A stretch of 64,000 nt of DNA from an uncultured delta proteobacterium (GTDB lineage Bacteria; Myxococcota_A; Polyangia; Polyangiales; Polyangiaceae). The stretch lies in the NCBI GenBank assembly GCA_963841435.1, contig CAWJCS010000005.1, positions 1,216,001-1,280,000 of the forward strand. Reading direction: 5' to 3'. A model generated the notes under the pieces. That model saw only the letters and a program-made list of their open reading frames with translations. It was not told the origin of the DNA and searched no databases. Positions 31,147 through 40,397 of this stretch are shown here, one piece after another (position 1 is the first letter of the stretch; every line of letters begins with the position of its first letter). The position numbers were made by a program, and so were the translations under genes.

Positions 31147-33015
31147 ATGGATTGGCGACTGGGACTGTTCCTCGTGCTCGGGCTCGCGGCGCTCGTGAGC
31201 GCCTTCGGCGGCTGCGTTGGGCAGCGGCCGGGCGCGTCGACGAGTGGCCCGAAGCTCGGCGGGCTCGACATGAAGCAAGGCAACGCAAAATTCGGTGAGG
31301 TGCCGGGCGTGCCGGTGCTCGGCAAGCAGGGCATCCGTGAGTTCGTGGTCGACAACGACGCGAAGAAGGTCGTCGTGTCGTTCGTCCCCGTGGAAGGGCA
31401 GCCCTTCAAGGAGGCTCTGCGCGCGGAGATCAAGCAGCCCTCGGGCAATCCCTGGGACGTCCAGGTGCACGCCTTCACGAAGGCACCCGTCGAGCGCGGC
31501 GACGCGCTGCTCGCCACCTTCTACTTTCGCACCGAGTGGGCGCCCGAGGAGAGCGGAGAAGGTCAGACCGAGTTCGTGTTCGAGCTCGCCAAGGACCCGT
31601 GGACCAAGTCGGTGAGCTTTCCCGTCCGCGCGAGCCGCCAGTGGAAGAAGGTCACCGTGCCGTTCGCAGCCGAGGAGAGCTACGCGCCTGGTGAAGCGCA
31701 CATGATCTTCCGGCTCGGCTACACGCCCGAGACGATCGACATCGGCGGTGTTACGGTCGAGAGCTTCGGGAAGAAGCTCGCGGTCAGCGACCTTCCCGTC
31801 ACCAAGATCACGTACGCCGGCAGCGAGCCCGACGCGCCCTGGCGCGCCGCTGCCGCCGAAAGGATCGAAAAGATCCGGAAGGCGGACCTCGGTATCACGG
31901 TGAAGGACGCCACCGGCAAGCCGGTGCCCGGCGCGAAGGTCGAGGTGACGCTCAAGAAGCACGCGTTCGGCTTCGGCACCTGCGTGCCTGCCGATCTCAT
32001 CCTCGGCGGTGGCAACGACCGCTACAAATCGCTCTTGCCCGAGCTCTTCAACGTGGCAACGCTCGAGAACGATCTCAAGTGGGCGCCGCTCTCGGGCGAC
32101 TGGGGGGCGGGCTTCACCGTCCAAAAGGCGCAGCGCGGCGTCGCGTGGCTACGCGAGCACGGGCTCGACGTGCGCGGCCACGTGCTCGTGTGGCCCGGCT
32201 GGAAGAACCTGCCGAAGTACCTCCGAGGGTACGAGCACCAGCCCGACAAGCTCCGCTCCGAGGTGAGGAAGCACGTGCGCGAGCTCGTGACGGCCATGAA
32301 GGGGTCGCTCGTCGCCTGGGACGTCATGAACGAGCCCTTCGACAACCACGACCTCATGGACATCCTCGGTCCCGACGTGATGCCCGAGTGGTTCACCGAA
32401 GCGCGCGCGGCCGATCCGAGCGCCCAGCTGTTCGTCAACGACTACGCCATCCTTTCGGGCGGCGGTGGCAACACACCGCATCGCGACCACTACGAGCACA
32501 CCATCCAGCTCCTGCTCGAGAAGGGTGCGCCACTCGACGCCATCGGTCTCCAGGGTCACTTCGGCACCTCGCTCACCTCACCCGAGGACCTGCTAAAGGT
32601 GCTCGACCGCTACGCACGCTTCGGAAAGCCGCTCTGGATCACCGAATATGACGTGGTCATGGACGACCTCGACCTCGCGGGTAGCTTCACGCGCGATTTC
32701 TACACGGCCCTGTTCAGCCACCCCGCCGTCGCTGGCATCGTCATGTGGGGGTTCTGGGACGGGTCGCACTGGAAGAACAACGCGGCCATGTACAAGGGCG
32801 GCTGGGAGCTCAAACCGGCGGGCAAGGCCTATCGAGATCTCGTGCTCGGTGACTGGAAGACGCACGTCACGGGCACCACCGACGCGAACGGACAGTTTTC
32901 GACCCGCGCGTTTCTCGGACAATACGAGGTCACGGCAAACACTCCGGAGCACGCGGGCACGGCGGAGTCGTCACTTTCTGCTCGCGGAGGTTCCATTACG
33001 ATAACTTTGCGCTGA
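31147..33015 (+). CDS. GH10 endo-1,4-beta-xylanase lipoprotein with an N-terminal CBM-like domain
   Basis: Lipobox FGGC; ENDLKW, RGHVLVW, WDVMNEP, IGLQGHF, WITEYD, MWGFWD. Alternative start 31129. Confidence 0.9.
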   Translation: MDWRLGLFLVLGLAALVSAFGGCVGQRPGASTSGPKLGGLDMKQGNAKFGEVPGVPVLGKQGIREFVVDNDAKKVVVSFVPVEGQPFKEALRAEIKQPSGNPWDVQVHAFTKAPVERGDALLATFYFRTEWAPEESGEGQTEFVFELAKDPWTKSVSFPVRASRQWKKVTVPFAAEESYAPGEAHMIFRLGYTPETIDIGGVTVESFGKKLAVSDLPVTKITYAGSEPDAPWRAAAAERIEKIRKADLGITVKDATGKPVPGAKVEVTLKKHAFGFGTCVPADLILGGGNDRYKSLLPELFNVATLENDLKWAPLSGDWGAGFTVQKAQRGVAWLREHGLDVRGHVLVWPGWKNLPKYLRGYEHQPDKLRSEVRKHVRELVTAMKGSLVAWDVMNEPFDNHDLMDILGPDVMPEWFTEARAADPSAQLFVNDYAILSGGGGNTPHRDHYEHTIQLLLEKGAPLDAIGLQGHFGTSLTSPEDLLKVLDRYARFGKPLWITEYDVVMDDLDLAGSFTRDFYTALFSHPAVAGIVMWGFWDGSHWKNNAAMYKGGWELKPAGKAYRDLVLGDWKTHVTGTTDANGQFSTRAFLGQYEVTANTPEHAGTAESSLSARGGSITITLR

Positions 33016-33225
33016 CGCCGGCAGGACGCAGGCGGACCGAGTCCGACCACGCGACACGCGCCACCCTGAGACAGTTTCTCGGCAACCTTTCACGGTCGCT
33101 GCCTGGACGTCGGCCTGAGCGTTACGCTAGGTTTCGAGCCGCGCGGGCCCCGACCCGGCCCGCCAACGGCGCACCCGCCCTTTCGCGCAGCGCCGTGCCG
33201 CGCTTTTCCTTTTTTGGAGGTCCTG

Positions 33226-34113
33226 ATGCCCCGCTCTTGCTCGATCGACGAAAAGAAGCTTCTCGCGGCCGCGCTGCTCGGCACCGTCTGCGCCTTAGGC
33301 TGCATGGTGGACAACTCCACGGGCGACGCGCCCGCGACGGGCGGCAGCGCAGGAGCGGGCGTGTCCGGCGGTAGCAGCGGTGCGGGGGGAACCGGCGGCT
33401 CGGCGGGGACGAGCGGCTCGGCAGGAACGGGCGGCTCGGCGGGAACGGGAACCGTCGAGTGCATGCCGAACCCGGAGGCGCAGACCTGCGCAGCCTTCGT
33501 CGCGCCCGCCTGGGGCGATCCGCCCGGCACGACGGGCGGCCTCGTCATCGACTGGGCGTCCTACACGGCGGACGGCAAGTGGGGCAGGTCGGCGAGCGGC
33601 GAGCTCACGGGCGGCACTTCCAAGTACCACGGCGACGGGATGCCGGACCTCACGGCAGTCTCGGAGTCCGGCTCTCTGCACGTCACGGGCACCATTCCCA
33701 GCATGGGTTACGCGGGGCTCGTGTTCTGGTTCGGTCCGTGCGTGAACGCGTCGGCCTTCACCGGTATCAACTTCGCAATCGGCGGCACGATTGGCGAGGC
33801 CGTCGTGAAGCTCCAGGTGCAAACGCACACGGACTATCCAGTCGACGTGGCCAACACCAAGGGCGCGTGCTCCTTCACCGACTGCGACAAGAAGTTCGAC
33901 GAGTGCGCCGGGCCCACCATGCAGCTCGTCGTACCGGCGGTGCCCGAGGCGGCCGACTTCGCCTGGAGCGCCTTTGCGGGCGGCATGCCAACGGCGGAAG
34001 TCACGCCGGAGGGCCTCGTGGGGCTCCAGTTCCAGGTCGAGTGCCAGTCCGACGCAGAGTGCGCGGTCGACTTCATGATCGGCATGGTCAATTTCGTCGT
34101 CCCGACCACCTGA
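33226..34113 (+). CDS. Lipoprotein with a Gly/Ser linker and CBM11/CIA30-like beta-sandwich
   Basis: GGAGG RBS; lipobox ALGC; VNASAFTGINF, LVGLQFQ, VDFMIGMVNF. Confidence 0.62.
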   Translation: MPRSCSIDEKKLLAAALLGTVCALGCMVDNSTGDAPATGGSAGAGVSGGSSGAGGTGGSAGTSGSAGTGGSAGTGTVECMPNPEAQTCAAFVAPAWGDPPGTTGGLVIDWASYTADGKWGRSASGELTGGTSKYHGDGMPDLTAVSESGSLHVTGTIPSMGYAGLVFWFGPCVNASAFTGINFAIGGTIGEAVVKLQVQTHTDYPVDVANTKGACSFTDCDKKFDECAGPTMQLVVPAVPEAADFAWSAFAGGMPTAEVTPEGLVGLQFQVECQSDAECAVDFMIGMVNFVVPTT

Positions 34114-34129
34114 GCTGATTCAGGGTCGT

Positions 34130-35527
34130 GTGATTCCTCCTCACGCCGATCGAGATCCGCCCTCCCAAGACTCAAGGTGTCTTTGGGGCCGGGGTCTTCG
34201 CCTCCGCCGGAGTTCGACGAACGCCGCGCGGCTGTGGTGGACCCTACCGCTCGCGTGTGTGGCAGGGTCGCTGTCGCTCGGGGCGTGCGCACGGGTGCCG
34301 GGCGAGCCTCTCCCCGAGACGCACGATGTCGTCAACGCGAACGATCTCGTGCCGGGCGCTCGCTGCGTTGACCAGTGCCAGCCGGACTATGGGTCGGCGG
34401 ACGTGGACTGCGCCGCGGCCGAGACGGGGCTCGAGTTCTTTCCAGCGCCGGTCTGGGATTTCGAAGGCAGCGTCGCGACGAATCTCTACGACTACGACGA
34501 CGAGACGAGCGGCTTTCTCGCGACCTCGCCCGAAACGTGCGTGCCCGGTGCGGAATGCTCGCCGTACGAGCCCGCGCCGACCGAAACGGTGCGTTGCGGC
34601 ATGCCGACGCACGCGCTGCACGTCCGCGGTGGGCCGTTCCGCGAGTGGGGTGGCGGCATCGGACGGCGGCTTCAGGATTTTGCGACGGAAGCCGCCACGG
34701 CAGAAGGCAAGACGTGCAGCGTTCCGCCCGCCCAAGGGGGCGACCCCGACGCGCCCGCCTACTGCCCGAAGGACGAGCCCGAGATCGACGATGCGTCGGG
34801 CGCCTTGCTCTCCGACGGCTCGCACCTCCCGCCGGCCTCCGTGAAGACCTCCTACTACACGATGCTCGTCGATCTCGGCGAATGGGAGGGCATCAGCTTC
34901 TGGGCGCGCCGCGGCCCCGACAGCCAGGCCGGCTTTCGCGTCGTGCTCGGCGACCGAAACACGGACGACGACACCAGCTTCTTGATGTCCGACCTCGGAC
35001 TCGCGCCGCGTTGCCGGCGCTACAAAGAATGCGGTTGCAGGAACCACAAGCCCTGCAGCGAGGGAGACAACAAAACGCTGGTCTGCTTCGACCCAGCGCT
35101 CGACCCGCCGGAGGGCGACCTCTGCGGTCATTCGCTGTGTGACGACCCCTATCCCGCGTACGAGAATCTGCCCGACCTCACGTTCACGACGCAAGAGAAC
35201 AGCAGCGAGACCTACCGCGCCAACAACTCCTGCGCCTACTACGCCTTCGCCACCGATCAGACGGGCTACTACTGCTACGACACCGTGCACGGTCCACCGC
35301 CCGCCGAGGGGCCCGAGCGCTGCGGCGATCCGTGGATCGACGCCGTCCGCCTGAACCCCGACTGGACGTTTTACAAGGTTCCCTTCGACGAGCTTCGCCA
35401 GGAAGGCTACGGCAAGCGCTTCCCGCGCATCGATCTCGCTGGCGTCACGATGGTTCGCTTCACGTGGAGCGTCGGCTGGATCGATTACTGGATCGACGAC
35501 GTGCGCTTCTACCGAAAGCAGCGCTAG
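34130..35527 (+). CDS. Lipoprotein with a CBM11-like domain interrupted by Cys-rich inserts
   Basis: Lipobox LGAC (start uncertain); VWDFE, VDLGEWEGISFWAR, LNPDWTFYKVPFDELRQ, DYWIDDVRFY. Confidence 0.65.
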   Translation: MIPPHADRDPPSQDSRCLWGRGLRLRRSSTNAARLWWTLPLACVAGSLSLGACARVPGEPLPETHDVVNANDLVPGARCVDQCQPDYGSADVDCAAAETGLEFFPAPVWDFEGSVATNLYDYDDETSGFLATSPETCVPGAECSPYEPAPTETVRCGMPTHALHVRGGPFREWGGGIGRRLQDFATEAATAEGKTCSVPPAQGGDPDAPAYCPKDEPEIDDASGALLSDGSHLPPASVKTSYYTMLVDLGEWEGISFWARRGPDSQAGFRVVLGDRNTDDDTSFLMSDLGLAPRCRRYKECGCRNHKPCSEGDNKTLVCFDPALDPPEGDLCGHSLCDDPYPAYENLPDLTFTTQENSSETYRANNSCAYYAFATDQTGYYCYDTVHGPPPAEGPERCGDPWIDAVRLNPDWTFYKVPFDELRQEGYGKRFPRIDLAGVTMVRFTWSVGWIDYWIDDVRFYRKQR

Positions 35528-35551
35528 CCGCTCACCCGGCGTTTTCGAACC

Positions 35552-37525
35552 ATGCTTCGTTTTTCCTCAGTCACGGCGCCGGCGCTCGCACTCGCCGTCT
35601 CGCTGCCGTCGCTCCCCGCGCAGGCGCAGGACGCGCCGACGCGACCCGACAAGCCGTACGAGACCGAGCCAAAGCCGCCCGCGACGCCGCCAAAAGCGCC
35701 CGCGGCTCCCGCCGAGCCTGTTCCGCCCACGACACCGGCCGCACCCGCACCGGCCGCGCCCGCACCCGCGCCGGCCCATGCCCCGCCCGCGGTGCCTGCG
35801 CCCGGCGACACGAGAACCGAGCCCGCGGCAGAGCCTACCGAGACGCCCGAGGCGGCACCCGCGGCGACGCCCGCGGCCGAAACGCCCATCGAAAAAGCAG
35901 CGGGGCCGGCTGCCACGAAAGCCGCCACGCCGCCGAGCGACGCGAACGCCGAAGCGCCCGAAGCGCCGGACACCGACGAGATCGTCCTCGAAACGCACGA
36001 CTGGCTCGACGAGCCGGGCTACCTGCCGGGCTACAGCCGCCCGGTGTCGCTCGGCATGTCGCCGTACTCGCCGCGGCTTGGCGGGTTCCCCGGCGGCCTC
36101 ACACCGAGCTACTCGGCGCCCGGCCCGCTCGACTCCTGGCTCTTCAACTGGCGCGGCTACATGAGCGCGTCGCTGCAGGTGAGCATCGACCAGCGCGACG
36201 ACCCTTCCACCGGGCAGCACAAGACCGTGCTTCACACGCCGCCGAACATCGTTGAGGAGTACGCCGCCTTCCCCTCCACCAACTCGCAGCCCGGCAACTG
36301 GATTGGCGCGACCTTCGGCGTCGGCAACAGCTTCGTGACGGCCAACGTGTCGATCGACACCTGGAATCCCACGCGCCCCACGCAGAACTACGGGCTTGGC
36401 AGTCAGTACTTCATCAACAACGCGTTCTTGGCGTTCCGCGTGCCCCCCATCGGTCACGCGCGCTTCGCGCTGAACGCAGGCTTTTTCTCGTCCAATTACG
36501 GCTACCTCGGCCGCTACGGCGGCGGCTTCTACACGAACCCGATGACGGCGACGCTGCAGGGCGCCGGCGAGACCACGCTCTTCGAGTACGACCTTTCCGA
36601 CACACTCGTGCTGACGGCCGAGCACGGCATCATGGGCACGGGTGGGCCGCGCGTCGGCTACATGCCGACTGACGTGGTCACGGGAACGGGCAACGGCGGC
36701 GCGAGCGGCGACCCCAATTGGCCCGCCGCGTACGTCAACCACGCGCACGTCGGCCTCGTCGTCAAGGGTGACACCGAGTTCGTCTTCCAGGCGCACCTCA
36801 TCAGCAACTGGTTTCAGGACGAGCGCGTGCAACGCTCACCAACCGACGAGCCGTGCGATCTACCGACGACGCCGGAGCTCGACGAGTGCTACACGCGCGA
36901 CGGCCGCATTCGCGTGTTCGGCATCGACGGCAAGATGCTGAGCAACGCCTACGGCACGCTCGGTATCGGCGGTTCGGTCATCGACGCGCGCTACGCCTTC
37001 CCGCTGAAGGGCATCATGACGTTCGCGGGTGACGGCGAGCGCATCACGAGCGCGTGGCTCGGTGCGGAAACGGGCGGCACCGGGAAAATCTGGGTCGCCG
37101 GCATCGCCTACAACCTGAGTGTCGCGTCGTTGATGCTGAGCCCCGAGGGTTTCGACGGCCGGGCACCCAACGTCGTGATCAACACGGGCTTCAACATCGG
37201 CGTGGTTCAGAGCGAGCAGCAGCCGTTCTCGGGCCGCGCTCGCTACAAGTTCGGAGCGGAGGCGCTCTACACGTTCATCCCCTACATGGGCGCGGGCCTG
37301 CGCGTCGATCGCGTCACGCCTGCTTCCGACGACCCCGATCAGACGTTTTACGTGCTCGCTCCGCGCCTCCAGTTCAAGAGCGACTGGACGAGCCACGAAG
37401 CGATCGTCCTGAGCTACGTGAAATGGTTTTTGGGATCGCACACCCACTACGACGGTCTCAATCCTCGCTCGAGCGAGCGCATCGACGACCAAATGTTCAC
37501 CCTCAACTTCAACATGTGGTGGTGA
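35552..37525 (+). CDS. Outer-membrane beta-barrel, divergent LamB/carbohydrate-porin-like, with a Pro/Ala-rich N-extension
   Basis: Signal peptide ending AQA; LFNWRGY; aromatic-rich amphipathic strands; C-terminus FTLNFNMWW. Confidence 0.62.
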   Translation: MLRFSSVTAPALALAVSLPSLPAQAQDAPTRPDKPYETEPKPPATPPKAPAAPAEPVPPTTPAAPAPAAPAPAPAHAPPAVPAPGDTRTEPAAEPTETPEAAPAATPAAETPIEKAAGPAATKAATPPSDANAEAPEAPDTDEIVLETHDWLDEPGYLPGYSRPVSLGMSPYSPRLGGFPGGLTPSYSAPGPLDSWLFNWRGYMSASLQVSIDQRDDPSTGQHKTVLHTPPNIVEEYAAFPSTNSQPGNWIGATFGVGNSFVTANVSIDTWNPTRPTQNYGLGSQYFINNAFLAFRVPPIGHARFALNAGFFSSNYGYLGRYGGGFYTNPMTATLQGAGETTLFEYDLSDTLVLTAEHGIMGTGGPRVGYMPTDVVTGTGNGGASGDPNWPAAYVNHAHVGLVVKGDTEFVFQAHLISNWFQDERVQRSPTDEPCDLPTTPELDECYTRDGRIRVFGIDGKMLSNAYGTLGIGGSVIDARYAFPLKGIMTFAGDGERITSAWLGAETGGTGKIWVAGIAYNLSVASLMLSPEGFDGRAPNVVINTGFNIGVVQSEQQPFSGRARYKFGAEALYTFIPYMGAGLRVDRVTPASDDPDQTFYVLAPRLQFKSDWTSHEAIVLSYVKWFLGSHTHYDGLNPRSSERIDDQMFTLNFNMWW

Positions 37526-37572
37526 GGATGACCGGCACGCCCTGCTTTGTCCGCAACAACGGAAGGTTTCGC

Positions 37573-39156
37573 ATGAGACCCCACATGGCACTCTGGCTCT
37601 CGGGCTTGCTCGCGGGCGTGGCGCTGGCGCGACCCGTCGCTGCCCAGGAGCAGCAGGAAACCACCGCGAGCGACGAGGCTCCGGAGTCGCTCGGTATGGA
37701 TCCGGCGTCGCCGGGTGCGCAGGCACTGCCGGGCGGCGTCGCGCCGCGCATGGGTGAGCCCGCGGGCCCTGACTGGCGCTTCGATTTCCACGGCGTGCTC
37801 GAAGCGCCGCTGCGCGTCGGCGTGGGCAAGCGAGACGACGCTCGCCCTGGACAGAGCAAGCTCGTTCTGCACACGCCGCCCACCGTGCCCGACGATCTCG
37901 ATACCTTTTCGCACACGGGCGTCGTGCCCATGCCGTACGCCCAGCTCAACTTCTCGTACGGTAACGACGTCGTCACGGGCACGGCCGTCTTGCTCGCGCG
38001 TCAGACCACCGTCGCGTCGGGCTTCTTCGATCCGCCGTCACAGTCGGGCATCAATGATCTCTTCTTGACGGTGCTGCCCCAGGTGGGCACGCGCTCGCGC
38101 CTCGCCATCCACGTCGGTGCGTTCTCGAACCGCTACGGCTCGGCCGGCGAGTACGACGAGGGTCGCTACGGTACTCCGCTCGTCGCCCGCACGAACGGGG
38201 TCGGCGAAGCGGTGGAGTTCGCCCATGTTTTCGGCGACTTCACGCTCAAGGTCGAGCAGGGCATCCAGGGTCAGACGAGCAAGGCGGGCGCCGGCATCAC
38301 GCCAGACGGCTGGAACGACTTCGCCGATCCGGGCGTCGGCTCGAGCTTCGTCCACCACGAGCACATCGGCGCCGACTTCAAGAAGCTCGCGCACCTCGGG
38401 GCGCACTATCTGTTCGCCTGGAGCCAGGACGACCGGTTGACCACCAACGCGCCCGACGGGCGCATGAGCGTCTACGGGGCGGACCTCCGGCTCACCATGG
38501 GCCGCTTCGGTCACCTCTACGGCGCCGTGTCGTACGTCGATGCCGACCACGTGCGCAGCGTCGGCCGCATCGTCGAGGTGCTGAACACGCGCGGAGGAAC
38601 GGGGCTGATGCAAAACTACCTCGGCCCCGACGAGGCCCCGAACGCCCTCGGCACGGGCTCGCTCACGATCATCGGCGTAGAGTACGACCTCAGCGTCGGC
38701 CGGCTCGTCAGCTACCCCGTGCCGTTCACGGGTGACGGCCCCGACATCTTCGTGAGCTTGTTCGGGCAATACGTGAGCGTGTCGAGCGAGGACAAGACGC
38801 TCGATCCACGCCCGCGCGGCCCCACCGAGCCCGCCCCGAAGCCGCTCTACGACGGCGTCGGCATGCTGAAATACGGCCTCGAAGGCACCTACAGCTTCCT
38901 TTCCTGGATGGCCGCTGGTGCGCGCTTCGACCAGGTCGCCCCGAACACCGGCGATCAGAAGCGCTCGTTCGCGATCGCGTCACCGCGGCTCATCTTCCAC
39001 ACGGGCTGGCAGTCGCGCGACCTCATCGTGCTCCAGTACTCGCACTGGTTCTACGGCGCCTACACAACCATCCCCATCGGCTACCCGCCCGTCCCGACCA
39101 TCACGAACACGAAGGACGCCGACATGGTGTCCCTGACGGCTCACATGTGGTGGTGA
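37573..39156 (+). CDS. Second LamB-like outer-membrane beta-barrel, paralog of the preceding gene
   Basis: Signal peptide ending VAA; RFDFHGV; shared RDD..GQ.K.VLHTPP; C-terminus VSLTAHMWW. Alternative start 37528. Confidence 0.65.
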   Translation: MRPHMALWLSGLLAGVALARPVAAQEQQETTASDEAPESLGMDPASPGAQALPGGVAPRMGEPAGPDWRFDFHGVLEAPLRVGVGKRDDARPGQSKLVLHTPPTVPDDLDTFSHTGVVPMPYAQLNFSYGNDVVTGTAVLLARQTTVASGFFDPPSQSGINDLFLTVLPQVGTRSRLAIHVGAFSNRYGSAGEYDEGRYGTPLVARTNGVGEAVEFAHVFGDFTLKVEQGIQGQTSKAGAGITPDGWNDFADPGVGSSFVHHEHIGADFKKLAHLGAHYLFAWSQDDRLTTNAPDGRMSVYGADLRLTMGRFGHLYGAVSYVDADHVRSVGRIVEVLNTRGGTGLMQNYLGPDEAPNALGTGSLTIIGVEYDLSVGRLVSYPVPFTGDGPDIFVSLFGQYVSVSSEDKTLDPRPRGPTEPAPKPLYDGVGMLKYGLEGTYSFLSWMAAGARFDQVAPNTGDQKRSFAIASPRLIFHTGWQSRDLIVLQYSHWFYGAYTTIPIGYPPVPTITNTKDADMVSLTAHMWW

Positions 39157-39176
39157 GGGGCTTTCGTGAGGAGCGC

Positions 39177-39927
39177 ATGAGAGCAGTTTTTTCGACCCTT
39201 CTCGGGCTTTCGCTCGCCTCGCTCGCCGGGGCTCTCGGCGGCTGCGTCGGCAAGTCGCAGACGCCGCACACCGCATCCGCCATGGCAAAAGCGGGCTCGC
39301 TCGCGCCCTGCCGCAAGCCGGTCCCCGCCGTTCAACGGATTGATCGACGATTTCGAGGACGGCAACAACCAGGTCGCGCTCATGGGCGAGCGCGACGGCT
39401 ATTGGTACGCCGCGGCCGACCAGCTGGGCTCCAAGATCACGGCGCCGGCGCAGGGCTTCGAGCCCGCCGAGGGCGGCGCCAACGGCTCGTTCATGGCCGC
39501 GCACGTCGCGGGCCACACCGTGAGCGCCGGCGATCAGGGCTGGGGCGTGGAGTTCGGCGGCAACTTCCTCTCCGCGCGCGGCGAGTTCTACGACGCCTCG
39601 CGCTACGTGGGCATCTCGTTCCGGGCGAAGGCCGGCTCGGGCATGAAGAGCGTGCGCGTCAACGTGTCCGACGTGAACACGCACCCGGACGGTGGCGTCT
39701 GCAAGAACTGTTACAACCACTTCCGGAAAGACGTAAACCTGACGACCGATTGGCAGGAGTACCAGCTGCTGTTCGGCGAGCTCCAGCAACGGCCCGGCTG
39801 GGGCGACCCGAGGCCCGAGCACGTGACGCCGAAGAAGCTCATCTCCGTCACGTTCGCCGTGGGCGGCGCCGACTCCGACTTCGACATCTGGGTGGACGAC
39901 CTTCAGTTCCTCGAGTGCAAGAAGTAG
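39177..39927 (+). CDS. CBM11-like carbohydrate-binding lipoprotein; frameshift near 39310-39335
   Basis: GAGGAG RBS and lipobox LGGC in one frame; LIDDFEDG, GYWY, YDASRYVGISFRAK, DWQEYQLLF, DIWVDDLQF in the +1 frame. Confidence 0.7.
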
Positions 39928-40010
39928 CGTCGCGGAATCTCGCTCGCACGAGGTGAGCGGCTCCCCACGAAGCGACCGGGCGGCTCGCCTCGGGCAGGCC
40001 GCTTCCGTAT

Positions 40011-40229
40011 GGCCGGCTGCCGGACGGCACGCTGATCGAAGGCGTCGAAGTCTTCCGGCGCCGCTACGCCGCGGTCGGCCTCGGACGGCTGGTTCAGCTC
40101 ACGCGGCTACCCGGCATCACCGCGCTGCTCGACCTCGCCTGCCACGCGTGCGCCAAGAACCGCCTCCGACTCACCAACCGCTGCGTGAACGGCGCCTGCG
40201 AGCTCCACCAACGCCCAGCAACACCCTGA
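40011..40229 (+). pseudogene. 5'-truncated DUF393/DCC1-like thiol-disulfide oxidoreductase remnant
   Basis: Manual translation [58 protein letters not shown]. No start codon, in-frame stop at 39954, N-terminal DxxCxxC missing. Confidence 0.6.
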
Positions 40230-40397
40230 CTCGCTTACCCCGGCGTGTACCAGATGGTGGACGACCACGCGTGCTCCTTGATCGTCTCCGGAAGGTCGGC
40301 GGGGGAGAGCTTCGACTTGGATCAGGTCATCGAGCAGCTGCAGAGCGGCGGCTCACACTGAGTCCGGGTCGCGGCGGGGGGGGGCCGGCGCCGCTTG

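Noticed and set aside
33160-33215. Intrinsic terminator after GH10
   Set aside because: The T-run is not directly preceded by a clean stem and abuts the next gene's RBS.
35552-39156. TonB-dependent receptors (SusC-like)
   Set aside because: Too short, no recognisable plug or TonB box, and the WW C-termini fit LamB-like porins better.
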